Assembly: GCA_003427395.1 (NCBI GenBank)
Contig: BFEA01000041.1
Span: 270,934 to 334,933 of the forward strand
Source: Chara braunii
Lineage: Eukaryota; Plantae; Charophyceae
Length of the DNA: 64,000 bases
Reading direction: 5' to 3'
The notes under the pieces were generated by a model. It searched no databases. It saw nothing but the letters and a program-made list of their open reading frames with translations, and was not told where the DNA came from. This document shows positions 37,660-50,700 of the stretch, piece after piece. Numbering within the stretch: the stretch's first letter is position 1; each line of letters opens with the position of its first letter. A program made the position numbers and the translations under genes.

Positions 37660-39200
37660 TTGATGTCGTCTGCAATCCCGCTAGGTAAAGCGACTAAATC
37701 CAGCTCTCCTCAAGAGTTATCTTCAAGGAAGGAAAGGGCGCGTAAGGCTCGAGCCGCCCGACAACAGGCTACACGCGACGCGGTCTATACTCATAAAGTG
37801 GTGCAATTCCGCTTTCAACCCGTGCACTGGCCTATTCCGATCAATGAGAAAGTCAAATGAACGACAGAGAAGTCGGGGATGATTAAGCCAGATATGCAGC
37901 TGGTACATGATTATTTCCTCATTCAGGTGGACAACCCTGACTGTGTTACTGTCGTTGCCCTCTATCCAACAGACAAATAGTTTCTTCTGAGAAACAAACA
38001 GCTGCAGTTTAGAGGCATGCATGTGCAACTCTTGGCATGGTCCCCTGCTGATCCGCAATCCTCTGATGAAAGAAGAAAATATCTCATGAATTCAAAATTT
38101 TGGGTAGAATTTCGGTTCGCACCCTTGTGTGTACAAGGAGCGATTCTCGCTAATCTAGAAGATATAGCCCAAGTCAAGGGTTATATCACGGACTTGCCCC
38201 AATTCTTGGGAAAAGGGACGATTCACTGTTAGTCGCTGTGGATTGGGACCTTGAATACCCCTTTCCCCTGAACGATGAATGAAGGTACTCGCTTGGGGGA
38301 AAGGAGTTCTCAACCCCGATCAGCCACTCCCAAGACTCATGGTGCTATGCTTGCAAGCAGCGAGGTCACCTATGTACTCACAATGATTGCCCGAAAAATG
38401 CCAGCAAAATGAAAATCAGAGGCCTTGTGTCTCCACGTCCCACTGATGAAGAGAGTTGGTACCTAGAGGAGCAGGAACTCCAAGGTTGGATGTTAACAGC
38501 ATATGCTAACGACCACCCTGGAAAATGGATATGGTAAGGGAAGGGCAAACCATCAGCATTGCCATCAGGAGCTGAACTTATAATTCCTGAAGACCATAAA
38601 CAAAAAGGCAAACATGTGGACTTCAGGAGACCGGATAACATCCTACCCCACCTTTCGAGGGATCGTGTACCCAGGGTACGGATACAGAGGTCGGAAAATA
38701 AAGAGGGCAGAATTAGATAAGAAAGTCACAAGACGGCAAACGTCTCATTGTGGCTGTCCTTCAAACCTACCTTTGCGTCCCCCCAACAAATTTATAAACC
38801 CAAATCGATAAAGAAGGCCGATGTGGAGCCACAGGAAACGGATCGGACGGAGGAACCGGGATTTAATAGTCAGAGCCTCAGAGGAGACAGGAAGACGAAG
38901 GTAAGCAGAAAACACAGAGTGAACATGGAGTGGAACAACTCATGAATCTACCCAAGACTCATGGTAAAGTCGGGCAAGGGGGTGAGGATAACTGGATTCA
39001 AGCTCACAAACAACACAAGACAGTTAAAAGCAGCAAAACAGTGGACACACTCCAATCTGGACGATCCTTCGGTGGGGGAGGACCACAACATGCTACCCAT
39101 GGTAATTCCCTTCAACTGATCCAGCAGGCAGCAATGAAAATTGATCAGTGTCCATTTGGCCTTGACTCAGTCTCCCTACCCTCTCCGAGGACACCTGTAA
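37660..39200 (+). pseudogene. Decayed LINE ORF1-like sequence with CX2CX4HX6C knuckle
   Basis: FWVEFRFAP...RYSLGGKEF...WCYACKQRGHLCTHNDC (~38340-38392); homologous to 18278-18631. Confidence 0.65.
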
Positions 39201-39499
39201 AACAACAGTTGACGGAGTGACTATGCAACTCCCACCCCCACCGCAGAATGGTCTCGTATAGTCCAAGGTGACGGATACTACGCAACATCAACAACGGGAA
39301 CAAGAACTGAGCAAAGAAGAACATAAGCATTACACCACTCTTGAGATCTCTGCCCCAACGTTGGCAAGGGCGTTTGAGCAAAACCGACCCCTATCCGGGC
39401 AACAACACTTGCCGGAAGGGAGTGTAAATGTGCTTGAAGGAAAGGAAAAGATCCATACGAAACACGTGCCTCCCCCTCAGTCCACACAACGTCGGTCTG

Positions 39500-42030
39500 A
39501 GAACGCCTTGACCCTGGCAAAAACAGTGGTGAGAAGGAGATGTTCTGATAGTGCCATTGCTGAGTTTTTGATTTCTTGGCTAAGAGTAGTATGGACTAAA
39601 AATAAGTCCACAACTGACATACTCCACAATTACCGAATGATGGCTAGGAATGCATCAGATGTCTGCACATGTGATAGGGGTAACCACAACTTCCCTCGTA
39701 ACGCGGAAGCACATGTGTCTTTTAGATTTTCTGAGCTAACAGACCTACCTCCTTCTCTTAGGAATTCTAAAAATATCCTCAGACCCTCTTCCTCCCAATC
39801 TGTCAGACGAGTTAAGCGTGCTTTTTCGGTGGGTTTGTCTACTTACTATTCCTAGCCAAGATAATTGGGTTGGTAGCTCGAGAACGATTTTGTCCTGTTT
39901 TGCATATAGAACACCTAACGACTCTGTTTCTGAGGGTGTAGCTATCCAATGGAAAGAAAAACTGGACGGTTTAGTGGTCTGTCCTATAGACCACAATATC
40001 GGAGATACCTATGTGTGTTGTTTATCTGTCTATAATGCTGCTTTGTCTAAGCTGTACTGGAAAAACGACGGGTTTGTGACGGATGAAAAGCAAGAAACAG
40101 TGACCCTACAAGCATGCAGGGAGTCGTACCATGATGCACAGGCACATCTTTTAGCTTCTTGGGATCCACGAGGGCTGCTGGGATCTTGCTATGGAATTCC
40201 AAAACATAAGGATATTTCTAGATGGAGACCCATTGCTCCAACTTTTTTCGAGTCTAGCGTACGCGCTTGTTGGATTGCCTCAAGGCAATTAATGGGCTGC
40301 TTTGGAAAGTGCCAGAGTCTAGTCATTTCAGTTTAAAAAGCACGAACCTTTTGAAGAAGCGGATTGAATGTCTTAATCTGAAAGTAGGTAAGATCAATAA
40401 CGGCATATTGTTGGCAGCTAGTTTCGACATCAAAGAGATGTTTACGAAACTTCCCCATGATGCTATCATTACTGCTGTGGAATGGTTGTGTGACACCTTT
40501 ATTGCGAAGGGTTTTAACCGATCCGGGAAAGGTTCAACGTTAGGTAAAGCACACGGTGAAAAATGATGGATTCGAGTCAAATTTTGTGATATTGTCCGGT
40601 TCGTGAAATTTGATTTAGAACACATTTTCTTTAAAGTCTCATGTAACATGATAAGACAAACGATAGGCATACCTATGGGCAAGACTTCTAGCCCTACTCT
40701 AGCTTGTCTGCTCTGTGCCTAGTATGAATCCTCTTTTCTGAACTCTCTGGGGAAGGACCGTCGCCTCATTCAGGGCCTTAGGTTGGTTGATGATGTTGCA
40801 CTATTTATCATTCTTCCCAATGAGACGAAGGAAGCATTCGAAAAATATTTCGATATTTATCGGCGGTTCGTTTGTCTTTACAACAGCAACCTGACAGTGG
40901 TTCGAACGGATGAACGTGATGGAGAGTGAGAATTTTTAGGATGTAGGGTGGAATGCCAGACAAAGCCACCCGTTGTAAGGTGTGAGGCTAATCTTAAAAA
41001 TCAGACCACGATCTTTACTGATGAAGGTGTGGTATTCCTGTCCACACAAGATTTTTTGTCCTACGGTCCTAAGAGTCTGAAGGTTGGTGTAATTAAGTGC
41101 CAGATGAATAGAATGATAACCCACTCCTCGGATTCTAGAGGAGTGGGTTTGTTCCTACTTTCTTTGAGGCGTGAACTACAAAAAAAAAGCTTTCCAGGTA
41201 AGGTTTTCTTCAAGGCAGCTAATGAATTTTCAACCAAGAACAACGATTGCTTACAGGGGTGGATCTGGATTCTACGTGAAGGACTGCTGGAAAAAGATTC
41301 AAGATAATGATGAGGTAGTAGCGCCACGACTTAGGTAGCGAACAGGCTACAAGACAAGGGCCCAGCGATCGATATCTTGCTGACAGATTGGCTCTGGCTG
41401 AGAGAAACGAACTTCCGAGATATTGGCCCGCTGGTTTTTGTCGGTTTTTTTTTGTCGGTTCTTCTTGCTTCTTTTACTTTCTAACCTTCTAGTATGCGTT
41501 CCCCTCGACATCCCCCTGCTAGGCTGGACTCTGGTCACACCCATTGTTGCTCTCAACAGGTAAGCCTCCTGGATTTCCCACTTCCTCTGCTGCAGATCTT
41601 TCAACCACGGACCATTTTTTGACGCTTACGATATGACGTTTCTTTTGTGCACTTCCTCTACTATCAGCCCAAAAAACTGTTCCCGCCCTCATGCTGTTTT
41701 ATCCCTATGACTGCTACTCTTCCTGACCTCCCTCTTTCCGCCAAAATACTCCTACTGTTCAATGACATCATCACCACCTCTCCCCTTCCCCATGTCTCCA
41801 CGTTTTCTCGTACTTTCTATGCTCCTACGCCTCAAGGCACGACGGGTTACTTCACTTGGATGAGAATGGATGTTTATTGAGTATTTAAGAGTATGATCAT
41901 AGACTCCTAGATAGCACAATCTCCCCTTATGATGGCTGTGCTGGCAACACAGTCGAAACATGTCGGAAGTCTTCGCTGCTGAGCTTTTGTGCTTATTGTG
42001 TTTTTTAACTGAAGCTCTTTAGCTCTTTTT
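39500..42030 (+). mobile_element. Decayed, 5'-truncated Penelope-like element (RT; Naiad/Chlamys-like N-terminal CxC..HV motif)
   Basis: HNY...CTC...HV (39625-39717), YGIPKHK..WRPI (~40190-40235), SFDIKEMFT (~40420), QTIGIPMGKTSSP (~40657-40695), RLVDD (~40780). Stops and frameshifts; no C-terminal GIY-YIG recognisable; hammerhead near the 3' end; abuts (CT)n. Confidence 0.85.
41921..41969 (+). ncRNA. Minimal type I hammerhead ribozyme of the PLE (core mutated)
   Basis: CUCCC-CUUAUGA-U-GGCUGUG(CUGGCAA)CACAGUC-GAAAC-AU-GUC-GGAAG; CUUAUGA in place of CUGAUGA. Confidence 0.7.
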
Positions 42031-42066
42031 GTGTTACTTCGAGTCTATTTTCGCTTCTTCTCCATC

Positions 42067-42068
<2 letters not shown>

Positions 42069-42145
<77 letters not shown>
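42069..42145. repeat. (CT)n microsatellite
   Basis: Direct. Confidence 0.95.
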
Positions 42146-42147
<2 letters not shown>

Positions 42148-44406
42148 TTTTGAATATGTGTGATGTTCATGCTTGCGATTCTTTCTCTCGACAACAACAA
42201 ACGATTCTTTCTCTCGACAACAACAAAGTTCTGAGTCGACCAACACGCTTGGGCGTTACGACTCTCACCATACTCTAGGACGAGTGAGGGAGAGGGAGAG
42301 GGAACATTGTACCCGTACCCACGATTACAAGACTAACCATTCTGATCAACTACGAAGAAAAGACGCAAGCAAAGCATCCGTGAAAGGCGCTGTCAAAGGT
42401 TTTAAAACCCGTGAAGTGTGGCTTAAAGCCAACTCCCTGCTAAACAAGATCAAAGATGCTGCCTTCTCACAACAATGGGAACCAGCGCTGGCCAAACACC
42501 AAAAGCACAAACCACACGAAGACTCCCAAGGAGGGGAAGGAGAAGCAAATCCTACTCAGTGTTTGCAAGAGGAACAAGGAGAGAAGCAAGGTCAATCCCT
42601 TGACCCCGTGCAATACCCGATGACAGCTAGCATGACTTTGGTGGTCTTTCAAGTGATGGGGGAAGTCAATTTTTTTCCCCCTGAGCTCCCCAAATGGCCA
42701 CAGCATGATCTGGAGCGGGTTCGGTTGCTGGAGCTCGAACATGACGAGGTAGTCAGAACCGCTCATCAACGACAGTCTCACCAGCAACCGTTGTCACCAC
42801 ACCACCTGACACAGCAACAGTGTTCTCAAGCTCAAGAAGAGCAGAGTCAGCTGGGGCAGCAGTTGATGCTACAACAACAGCACAAAGAGGTGACAGAGCA
42901 AGGGAGGATGGAGCCATGTCTAGGGACACTTCAACAACAACATAAACATGAGGCAAAGCATGGGATTGTGGAGCAATACCCACTGCAGCGACAACAAATG
43001 CCACAACATCTGCCACATCAACAACTACCACAGCAACAACTGCCACAAAACGTAGATAGCCAGCTGGTGCATCAACCGACGCTACAACTGCATATTCAGG
43101 GGGATGATCAAGGGCAAGCGGACCGACACCTGATGTAGCAACAGCTGGCACAACAACAGGTGGTGCAACAACAACCGCCACATCAGCTGTCACAACAAAA
43201 GCTGTCACAAGATGAACATGGTCAACTTGAGCAACAAATGATGCTACGACTACACAAGCAGGGGGTGGAGAAAGGGCTAGAGGAACAGTACCTGGAACTG
43301 CAATAACTAGCACATCATCTGATGGAGCAACAACAGACGTCACCGCAAAGGCTGCAGATGACACAACAACATCAGTACAATCAGGTGGCAGATCAAGGGT
43401 TGGTGGTGGTGTCCCTGCAACAGCAACAGATAACACAACAACAGTTGACACAAAAGTTGTTTTAAGATGCACATAGCCAGTCCGAGCAACATCCAGCACT
43501 ACAACCTAATAAACAAGTGTTGGAACAAGCTTAGGCGGACCAACAACTGGAGCAGCAACAGCTGGCACAACATCAAATGGTGCAGCAACAGCTACAGATG
43601 GCACATCATGAATGATAGCTAGCGGATCAACTATCAATACAACATCTCCCACAACAACACATATTGTCACAACTATACCACAGGCAAGCCCACGCAGAAC
43701 AACAGCAACATCAACAGATACCGTGACAACAGCAGCTATGGCATCAACACCACCAACAACAAAAGCAAGTCATAGCTATACAATAACAATAGCAACAACT
43801 GTCACAACAACAGCTAAACATCCACTGCGAGGCACAACAACAGGCTCAACAAGGCAGAGAGTGCGAAGACCAACTTCAACTCCTCTTGCAAACGCAGCTG
43901 GCGCAATACCACCACCAGCAACATCAGCAAAGAGTATGATAGCAACAATAAATTTTGCAGCATCTGCACCTACAGTGGCAACAACAATTGTGCTGTCAGT
44001 AGGAACTCATCCTACAACAACAACAACAACACCTGCATAAGTACTGGCAGCAGGAGTTGGAAACGCAAAAACAACAGCAACACCACACAACGAACTGCCC
44101 CCATCTTGCTGCAACTCCTCCCTCGCTTGACATCGAGGATAGACAGATGTCACAGGACATGGACACGTCACCCCCGGACCACCCCTCATAGATCATGCAG
44201 CACCGGGATCTGGGCCTTGAGGGAGAAGACATAGAAACGGACCAGGTGCCGGCCCCAACACTGCAAGACAGCCCCCCCCCCCCACACCACCACCACCACC
44301 ACCACCGTTAGCGGTCAATGAGGAAGTTAAACAAAAATTGGCCTTCCTCACTAAATGGACTCTCACTAAAATATTCTCAATAGCAGGGGGCACATACTAT
44401 GCTGCA

Positions 44407-45331
44407 CGCCCGGTCGCGGCTGGGGGGGGGAAATCGGCCGCGGCCTCGGCCGACGGCCGAATCGGCCAGGTTCGGCCACGGCCGACCAGCCGAGTTTGGT
44501 GCAGGATTCTTTTTTTTTTCTAACGCATGAAAAAATAAATAAAAGAATGGGCGTGTAGGGCTAAAAAAAACCTACACGCCCATATTTTTTGGGGGGGCAT
44601 TGTTGTTTTCTATTGCGTAACAAAANNNNNNNNNNNNNNNNNNNNNNNNNNNNNNNNNNNNNNNNNNNNNNNNNNNNNNNNNNNNNNNNNNNNNNNNNNN
44701 NNNNNNNNNNNNNNNNNNNNNNNNNNNNNNNNNNNNNNNNNNNNNNNNNNNNNNNNNNNNNNNNNNNNNNNNNNNNNNNNNNNNNNNNNNNNNNNNNNNN
44801 NNNNNNNNNNNNNNNNNNNNNNNNNNNNNNNNNNNNNNNNNNNNNNNNNNNNNNNNNNNNNNNNNNNNNNNNNNNNNNNNNNNNNNNNNNNNNNNNNNNN
44901 NNNNNNNNNNNNNNNNNNNNNNNNNNNNNNNNNNNNNNNNNNNNNNNNNNNNNNNNNNNNNNNNNNNNNNNNNNNNNNNNNNNNNNNNNNNNNNNNNNNN
45001 NNNNNNNNNNNNNNNNNNNNNNNNNNNNNNNNNNNNNNNNNNNNNNNNNNNNNNNNNNNNNNNNNNNNNNNNNNNNNNNNNNNNNNNNNNNNNNNNNNNN
45101 NNNNNNNNNNNNNNNNNNNNNNNNNNNNNNNNNNNNNNNNNNNNNNNNNNNNNNNNNNNNNNNNNNNNNNNNNNNNNNNNNNNNNNNNNNNNNNNNNNNN
45201 NNNNNNNNNNNNNNNNNNNNNNNNNNNNNNNNNNNNNNNNNNNNNNNNNNNNNNNNNNNNNNNNNNNNNNNNNNNNNNNNNNNNNNNNNNNNNNNNNNNN
45301 NNNNNNNNNNNNNNNNNNNNNNNNNNNNNNN

Positions 45332-45376
<45 letters not shown>

Positions 45377-45429
45377 GCGCTGTGGAGTGGAGGGAGGACC
45401 CCTCCCCCACCAACTAATCAATCAATCAG

Positions 45430-45490
<61 letters not shown>

Positions 45491-46266
45491 AATAAAAAAA
45501 ACAGTCAATCAATGATTTTTTTTTTCTTCTATTTATTTAATTTTTTTTGGTAGTCTTCGAAATCCACCCACAAGAGGTTAACGGGGCATCTGGTTTTCAG
45601 GCCTGAAAGCCCAAAACCCGAATTTCAGAAATTTCAGGCCTGAAAACCAGATGCCCCGTTAACCTGTTGTGGAGAGCAGGTTAACCGAGCACCCATTTTT
45701 CAGGCCCATTTATAAGAAAACCAGACAGTCATTTTAACAACACTTCACACCAATCTATAGAGTGCACTTCTTACAACCCCATCACAGAAAAAAACCCTAA
45801 AAAAAGCAATTGAAAACATATTAAACAGCAAGCCAAAGGTGCATCTCCATGAAATTTGGCCCAAAAAAAACTCGACCAATTTCAAAAATTTCAGAAATCT
45901 TAATAGCGCAAATTTTGGAGTTTTAGAATTTGCGCTATTAAGATTTCTGAAATTTCTGAAATTGGTCGAGTTTTTTTTGGGCCAAATTTCATGGAAATGC
46001 ACCTTTGGCTTGCTGTTTTATATGTTTTTAATTGCTTTTCTTAGGGTTTTTTTCTGTGATGGGGTTGTAAGAAGTTAAAATGACTGTTTGGTTTTCTTAT
46101 AAATGGGCCTGAAAAATGGGTGCTCGGTTAACCTGCTCTCAATCCACCCCCCCGTTTTCGAAGTTTTTATGTTTTTTTTTTTGCGAGGAGGTAGGGGGAC
46201 CCCCCCCGACTCGAAACCCATTCCCCGCCCCGCAAACCCCCGCCCTGATCGGCCGCGACCAGGGGG
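44407..46266. mobile_element. Putative TIR DNA element containing nested palindromes (gap inside)
   Basis: Ends CGCCCGGTCGCGGC / GCCGCGACCAGGGGG; the flanks appear to rejoin in frame (GGTYYA|DIWHITNSQ). Confidence 0.4.
45673..46140. repeat. ~470-bp near-perfect palindrome (foldback), preceded by a related ~90-bp palindrome at 45575-45665
   Basis: GAGAGCAGGTTAACCGAGCACCC...GGGTGCTCGGTTAACCTGCTCTC, centre ~45919. Confidence 0.9.
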
Positions 46267-47723
46267 TAACATTTGGCACATAACAAACTCACAAGCAAAT
46301 ACTGGCCCATGCCAGCGAAGTCTTGATGTTCACTCCGAGGGTTCTGGCCACTGTTGAAAAGTACGGCAATATATCGTCTATTGTCGGGATGGACATCGGT
46401 GCGGCAATTGTCTTGGTGGTCAATGAATTTTTGGATAAAATAGAACAATACGCTAAAAACAGATTTGACCAGCATCATAACAATCAAAGCCCAGATAGAC
46501 CAGCCCCTGACGAGGAGGCGTTTCTTCACCAAGGGCTGGCATGGCCCAAGCTGCTGGTCCTGAAACTTTCCTCCACCTTGCACAGTCCTTCTGTGACCAC
46601 ATCAATGCAACTGAAACAAAGACAAAACCAACTCATCACATGGGGGACGGAACCACGACAACCTGAGCAGCAGGTGGCACACGTAGACGCCAGAAACATA
46701 GAGTCACACCCAGTCCGCCGCCCTCGCAAAATTTAGATACTGCATGATGATGAGGATGATTCACAATGTGGGTCAGATGAAGAGGCTTTTGACGATCCCC
46801 CTAGGGGGAAACTGAAAGATCGTGTGAGATTGCGAAATGATGATGACACTCCAATGCAAGTGTTGCCTGGGGTAATCTTATTTCCGATAGCACAACAGAG
46901 GGAAGGGGGACAGTGGGTATTGGGACTCAGACCCTCCCCAGATCGGCCCCCCCAACAATCTCCGGATCTAGATGGCCTCATAGTAGAGGGATGGAGGGGT
47001 AACCCCTCCACAACGGTCATCCTAAAACGCCTTAAATACTGGTGAAGGGAATCACAATTGGAAGGGGTACAAGGAGCTGTGTTGCCACACTCCTTGTTAT
47101 TTCCAGAGGGGGTTATCCCGGTTATCGTGCTCATGAGTCTGAAAACCACAACTCACAAACAACATTAACACACAAATGGTTCACCCACCAGGAGCTCATG
47201 GAATTGCCTACCGACGGATTCAGAACCAACTTTGCGTGAACTTTAACTAGGGTACTACGGTTCATGCAAATCTTCATGGAGGACAATGTTTTAGATGAAA
47301 ACAATCAATGGGATGACCCACCATTTGTCCTCCCCATAAAAGTCGTTGTTTGAATCGGCTGAGGTACTCCAGTAATGAACATGCACAATCTTTGCAACCA
47401 AATGGACTCGAACGGCCATAGTCAGAACTTTGTGGTCACTACCGTGAACTGCCTATAAGGGGATTTCCCACAATCGCTCTGCCCTCCTGATCACCCCCCC
47501 AGCCTCCTCGCATCTGACACCCGGAGTGTAAATCACCTCCCAACTTTCCACCCCTTCATACAGCAGCAACTGCCATCTCACATTCAACCTAACAATCACT
47601 ACCCCCCATCCCATTTGCCCACACAGCAGCAACCGCCACGCTCGGTGACCCCCCTCCCCTCCCCTCCCCGGCCTCCTAGATGCTCTCTGCCTTCCCCCGT
47701 TTTTCCCTCAATGGGCAATAAAA

Positions 47724-50700
47724 TTGGCTCAGGCAGATCTTGATATACGTTCTCTAAATGTTAACAAACTTATGCAGGCAACAACACCCAAAAAAGATGC
47801 CATATGGGATATGATCAGGTGCCTGGAGACAAGGACATGGCCATATGCAATATGTATCCAAGAAATACATATGCATGACACACCAGCACATAAGACAAAA
47901 GAAAAAGTAATCTGACCATATATGTCATACTCTACACCTGCTAAGGATAGAGCTTCGGCATGTGTAGCAATCTGGTTTCCGCCATGATCCTCAAAACTCA
48001 GACCGTTGGCTGTTGAGTATGACCAACAATAAGGTAGATGAATTTGCTTAAAACTTCAGCTTGAGGGTGAATAATTTTACCTGGTCAGTGTGTACGCCCC
48101 AAATGACCCACATCTAGGGTGAACCTTTGGCTTACCCTTCACTAACACTTGCCAAACGATGCTCCTGTTATACTTGCTGGTGACTTCAACACCACCCTCG
48201 ACCCTGCAATCGATCGAAGATCCACATCTACACGCCATGACTTAGCATCCTCAACACCATCCGCCCCTAGTCCGGATATTCTCGTGCTGAGACAATTTAT
48301 GACTGACAGACAGCTTGAAGATGCATATAGACTATTGCACCCCGCCCCAAAAACCTACACTTGCCTATCATCGAGGGGCGAGCATGACCTAGCCAATTCA
48401 CGAATAGACATTATGCCTGTATCTAAAGAAATGATGGGCTTAGTTATAACAACAGTAATAACAACTATCAGCCCATGTAAATCTTTCAACCATAGGATGA
48501 TAACGTTGGGGTTGTCATTCCACAATCACATCTAGCGAGGTTCGAGGTTCTACAAATTTAATGCATTTTTGCTTCCCCTCCCCAGATTCAAAGACCTGGT
48601 TAATGACTTCTGGAAATATTGGCAAACCCAGAAACCCATCTTGGGGGAAAGGGTGAATTGGTTTAACGATGGACTGACACAATTACGGGAAAGAGCAAAA
48701 AAGTTCTTCATCTAACATTCGAGAGACCGTAAAGAGTGCCTCGAGAGTCTCATGCGAGACTTAGAAGAATGGGATGAAGATCTTATGAAGGACCTGCTGC
48801 CCCCTCCTATGATAAAGTGCAAGAGGCCCGAGACCACCTCCAGTCGTATATTGAGCAGCAGGCGCATGCATGGAGGGTGCACGCCAAAATTAAAAGATAA
48901 CACACAGACGAGACAATGACAAACATTTTTTTTCAACAAGGCCAGAGCGAGGATAAGAGCAGCCACTGTTCCCAGGCTTAACCACCCGCCAGACAATAAT
49001 GCATTGTCTGCGACCAATGCATATTCAATTGTGGACTACACGGCTAAATACGATAACAACCTATTCACATCTGAGACACCCACCAAGCACCCGGACGAGG
49101 TCCATCAAGCGAGAAAGATCCTTCTACAGGCAATTCGCTCCTCTATAACAATGCAACAAAGGGTCACTTTGGACGAGCCTGTAACCTCACAGGACGTCTG
49201 GGTTGCCCTACATGATATGAAGGATGAGAAAACGCATGAGATTGACTCTTTCCCGAAAGAGTTCAGGGTGGGATTTTGGGACCTCCTTAAAGATGATATC
49301 ATGGAGTACATTCAGGCGACTCAAAAGAAAGGATCCTTGGGAAGAATGATTGGCAAGGGGGTCATTACCCTCCTTTATTAGAAAGGGGATAAAAAGAATA
49401 TTAGAAACTATAGGCTCATCACACTACTTCCGGCCCCCTACAAACTCGTGGCTAAAGTTCTTACTAACATACTACTGCCCCTCATGAATATCTTGATTCA
49501 TCCGGATCAGACAGGGTTCATGCCCAATCGGGACATCCATGATAATATCCTGTTGGTTAATGAGACTATCAAATATGCCCATCAACGGAGGGTCCAAGCA
49601 GCGATCGTTTTCATAGACTTCGAAAAGGCATATAACCATGTTGATTGAGATTTTCTTGACATGTGCCTTCTCAGAATGAATTTCGGTCCAGTGTTTTGTC
49701 GATGGGTGCACTTGCGACACATATCTACGTTGACCAACATAATGCTAAATGGGCATCTCTCACCACCGATTCACCTTCAAAAATCGGTGCAACAGGGAGA
49801 TCTCATCGCACCATTGTTGTTTGTGATTGTTATGGAGGCCCTTGCATCGATGATTAGAGCACATCCGGGTATCAACAAATTTTTTATCCAGACATATCGC
49901 ACCATCTTATACCAATGACTTCACTCTTTGCGGATTATCTCACCGTACTAATACGAGCAGACCCGGACAGCGTCCAAGCTCTCACTCATGTTATTCACCT
50001 CTTCTCGCTTGCGGCTGACATGAACTGGGGTTCGAAGACTGAGGGTTGGAGGCTCCATCCTCAAGGACAACCACCCCCTCCTGAGTCGAGTGTAGCATGG
50101 GCCCGCTAAGAAGAGGCCATAAGGATACTTGGAGTGAGACTTATTGTCGTGGGTCCACCACCGGACCATGGGGACATGCTGCGCAACATGGCCTTGGACC
50201 GGCTGGCCAACTGGGAGGGCCTACATACATCACCGGTGGGACGTGCCTTAGCAATTAATAGTGTAATCTTGGTTGTCATATGGTATACACTGGCAGTATG
50301 GTCATTGAGCAAACAACAACACATCAGATTAAAAAAAACCCTCACGACAAATCTGTGGAAAAACAACACTAAGGCCTAGGGTTGTGCCAACAGGGTGAAG
50401 TGGGACTTCCTCACACAGCCCCGATCCAAAGGGGGGTTGGGAATCCTGGACCCTGAAAACGAGACTGAGGCACTTATTTTTAAAGTCTTTGTCCGACTTC
50501 TTATTGGAAATGACATCCCCTGGAAGCCTTTTGCCTGCCTGCAAATAACCAACCTTGCTCCACAAAATGATATACCTGGAAAGATCCATCCGTTCTAATG
50601 GCTGACAAACAATTACTGGACCATCCCTTCGTCCCCAAAACAAGCGCACCTTGCACATCTACATGACCCAGCTCAGACCACAAAGTTGGACATAACAGCA

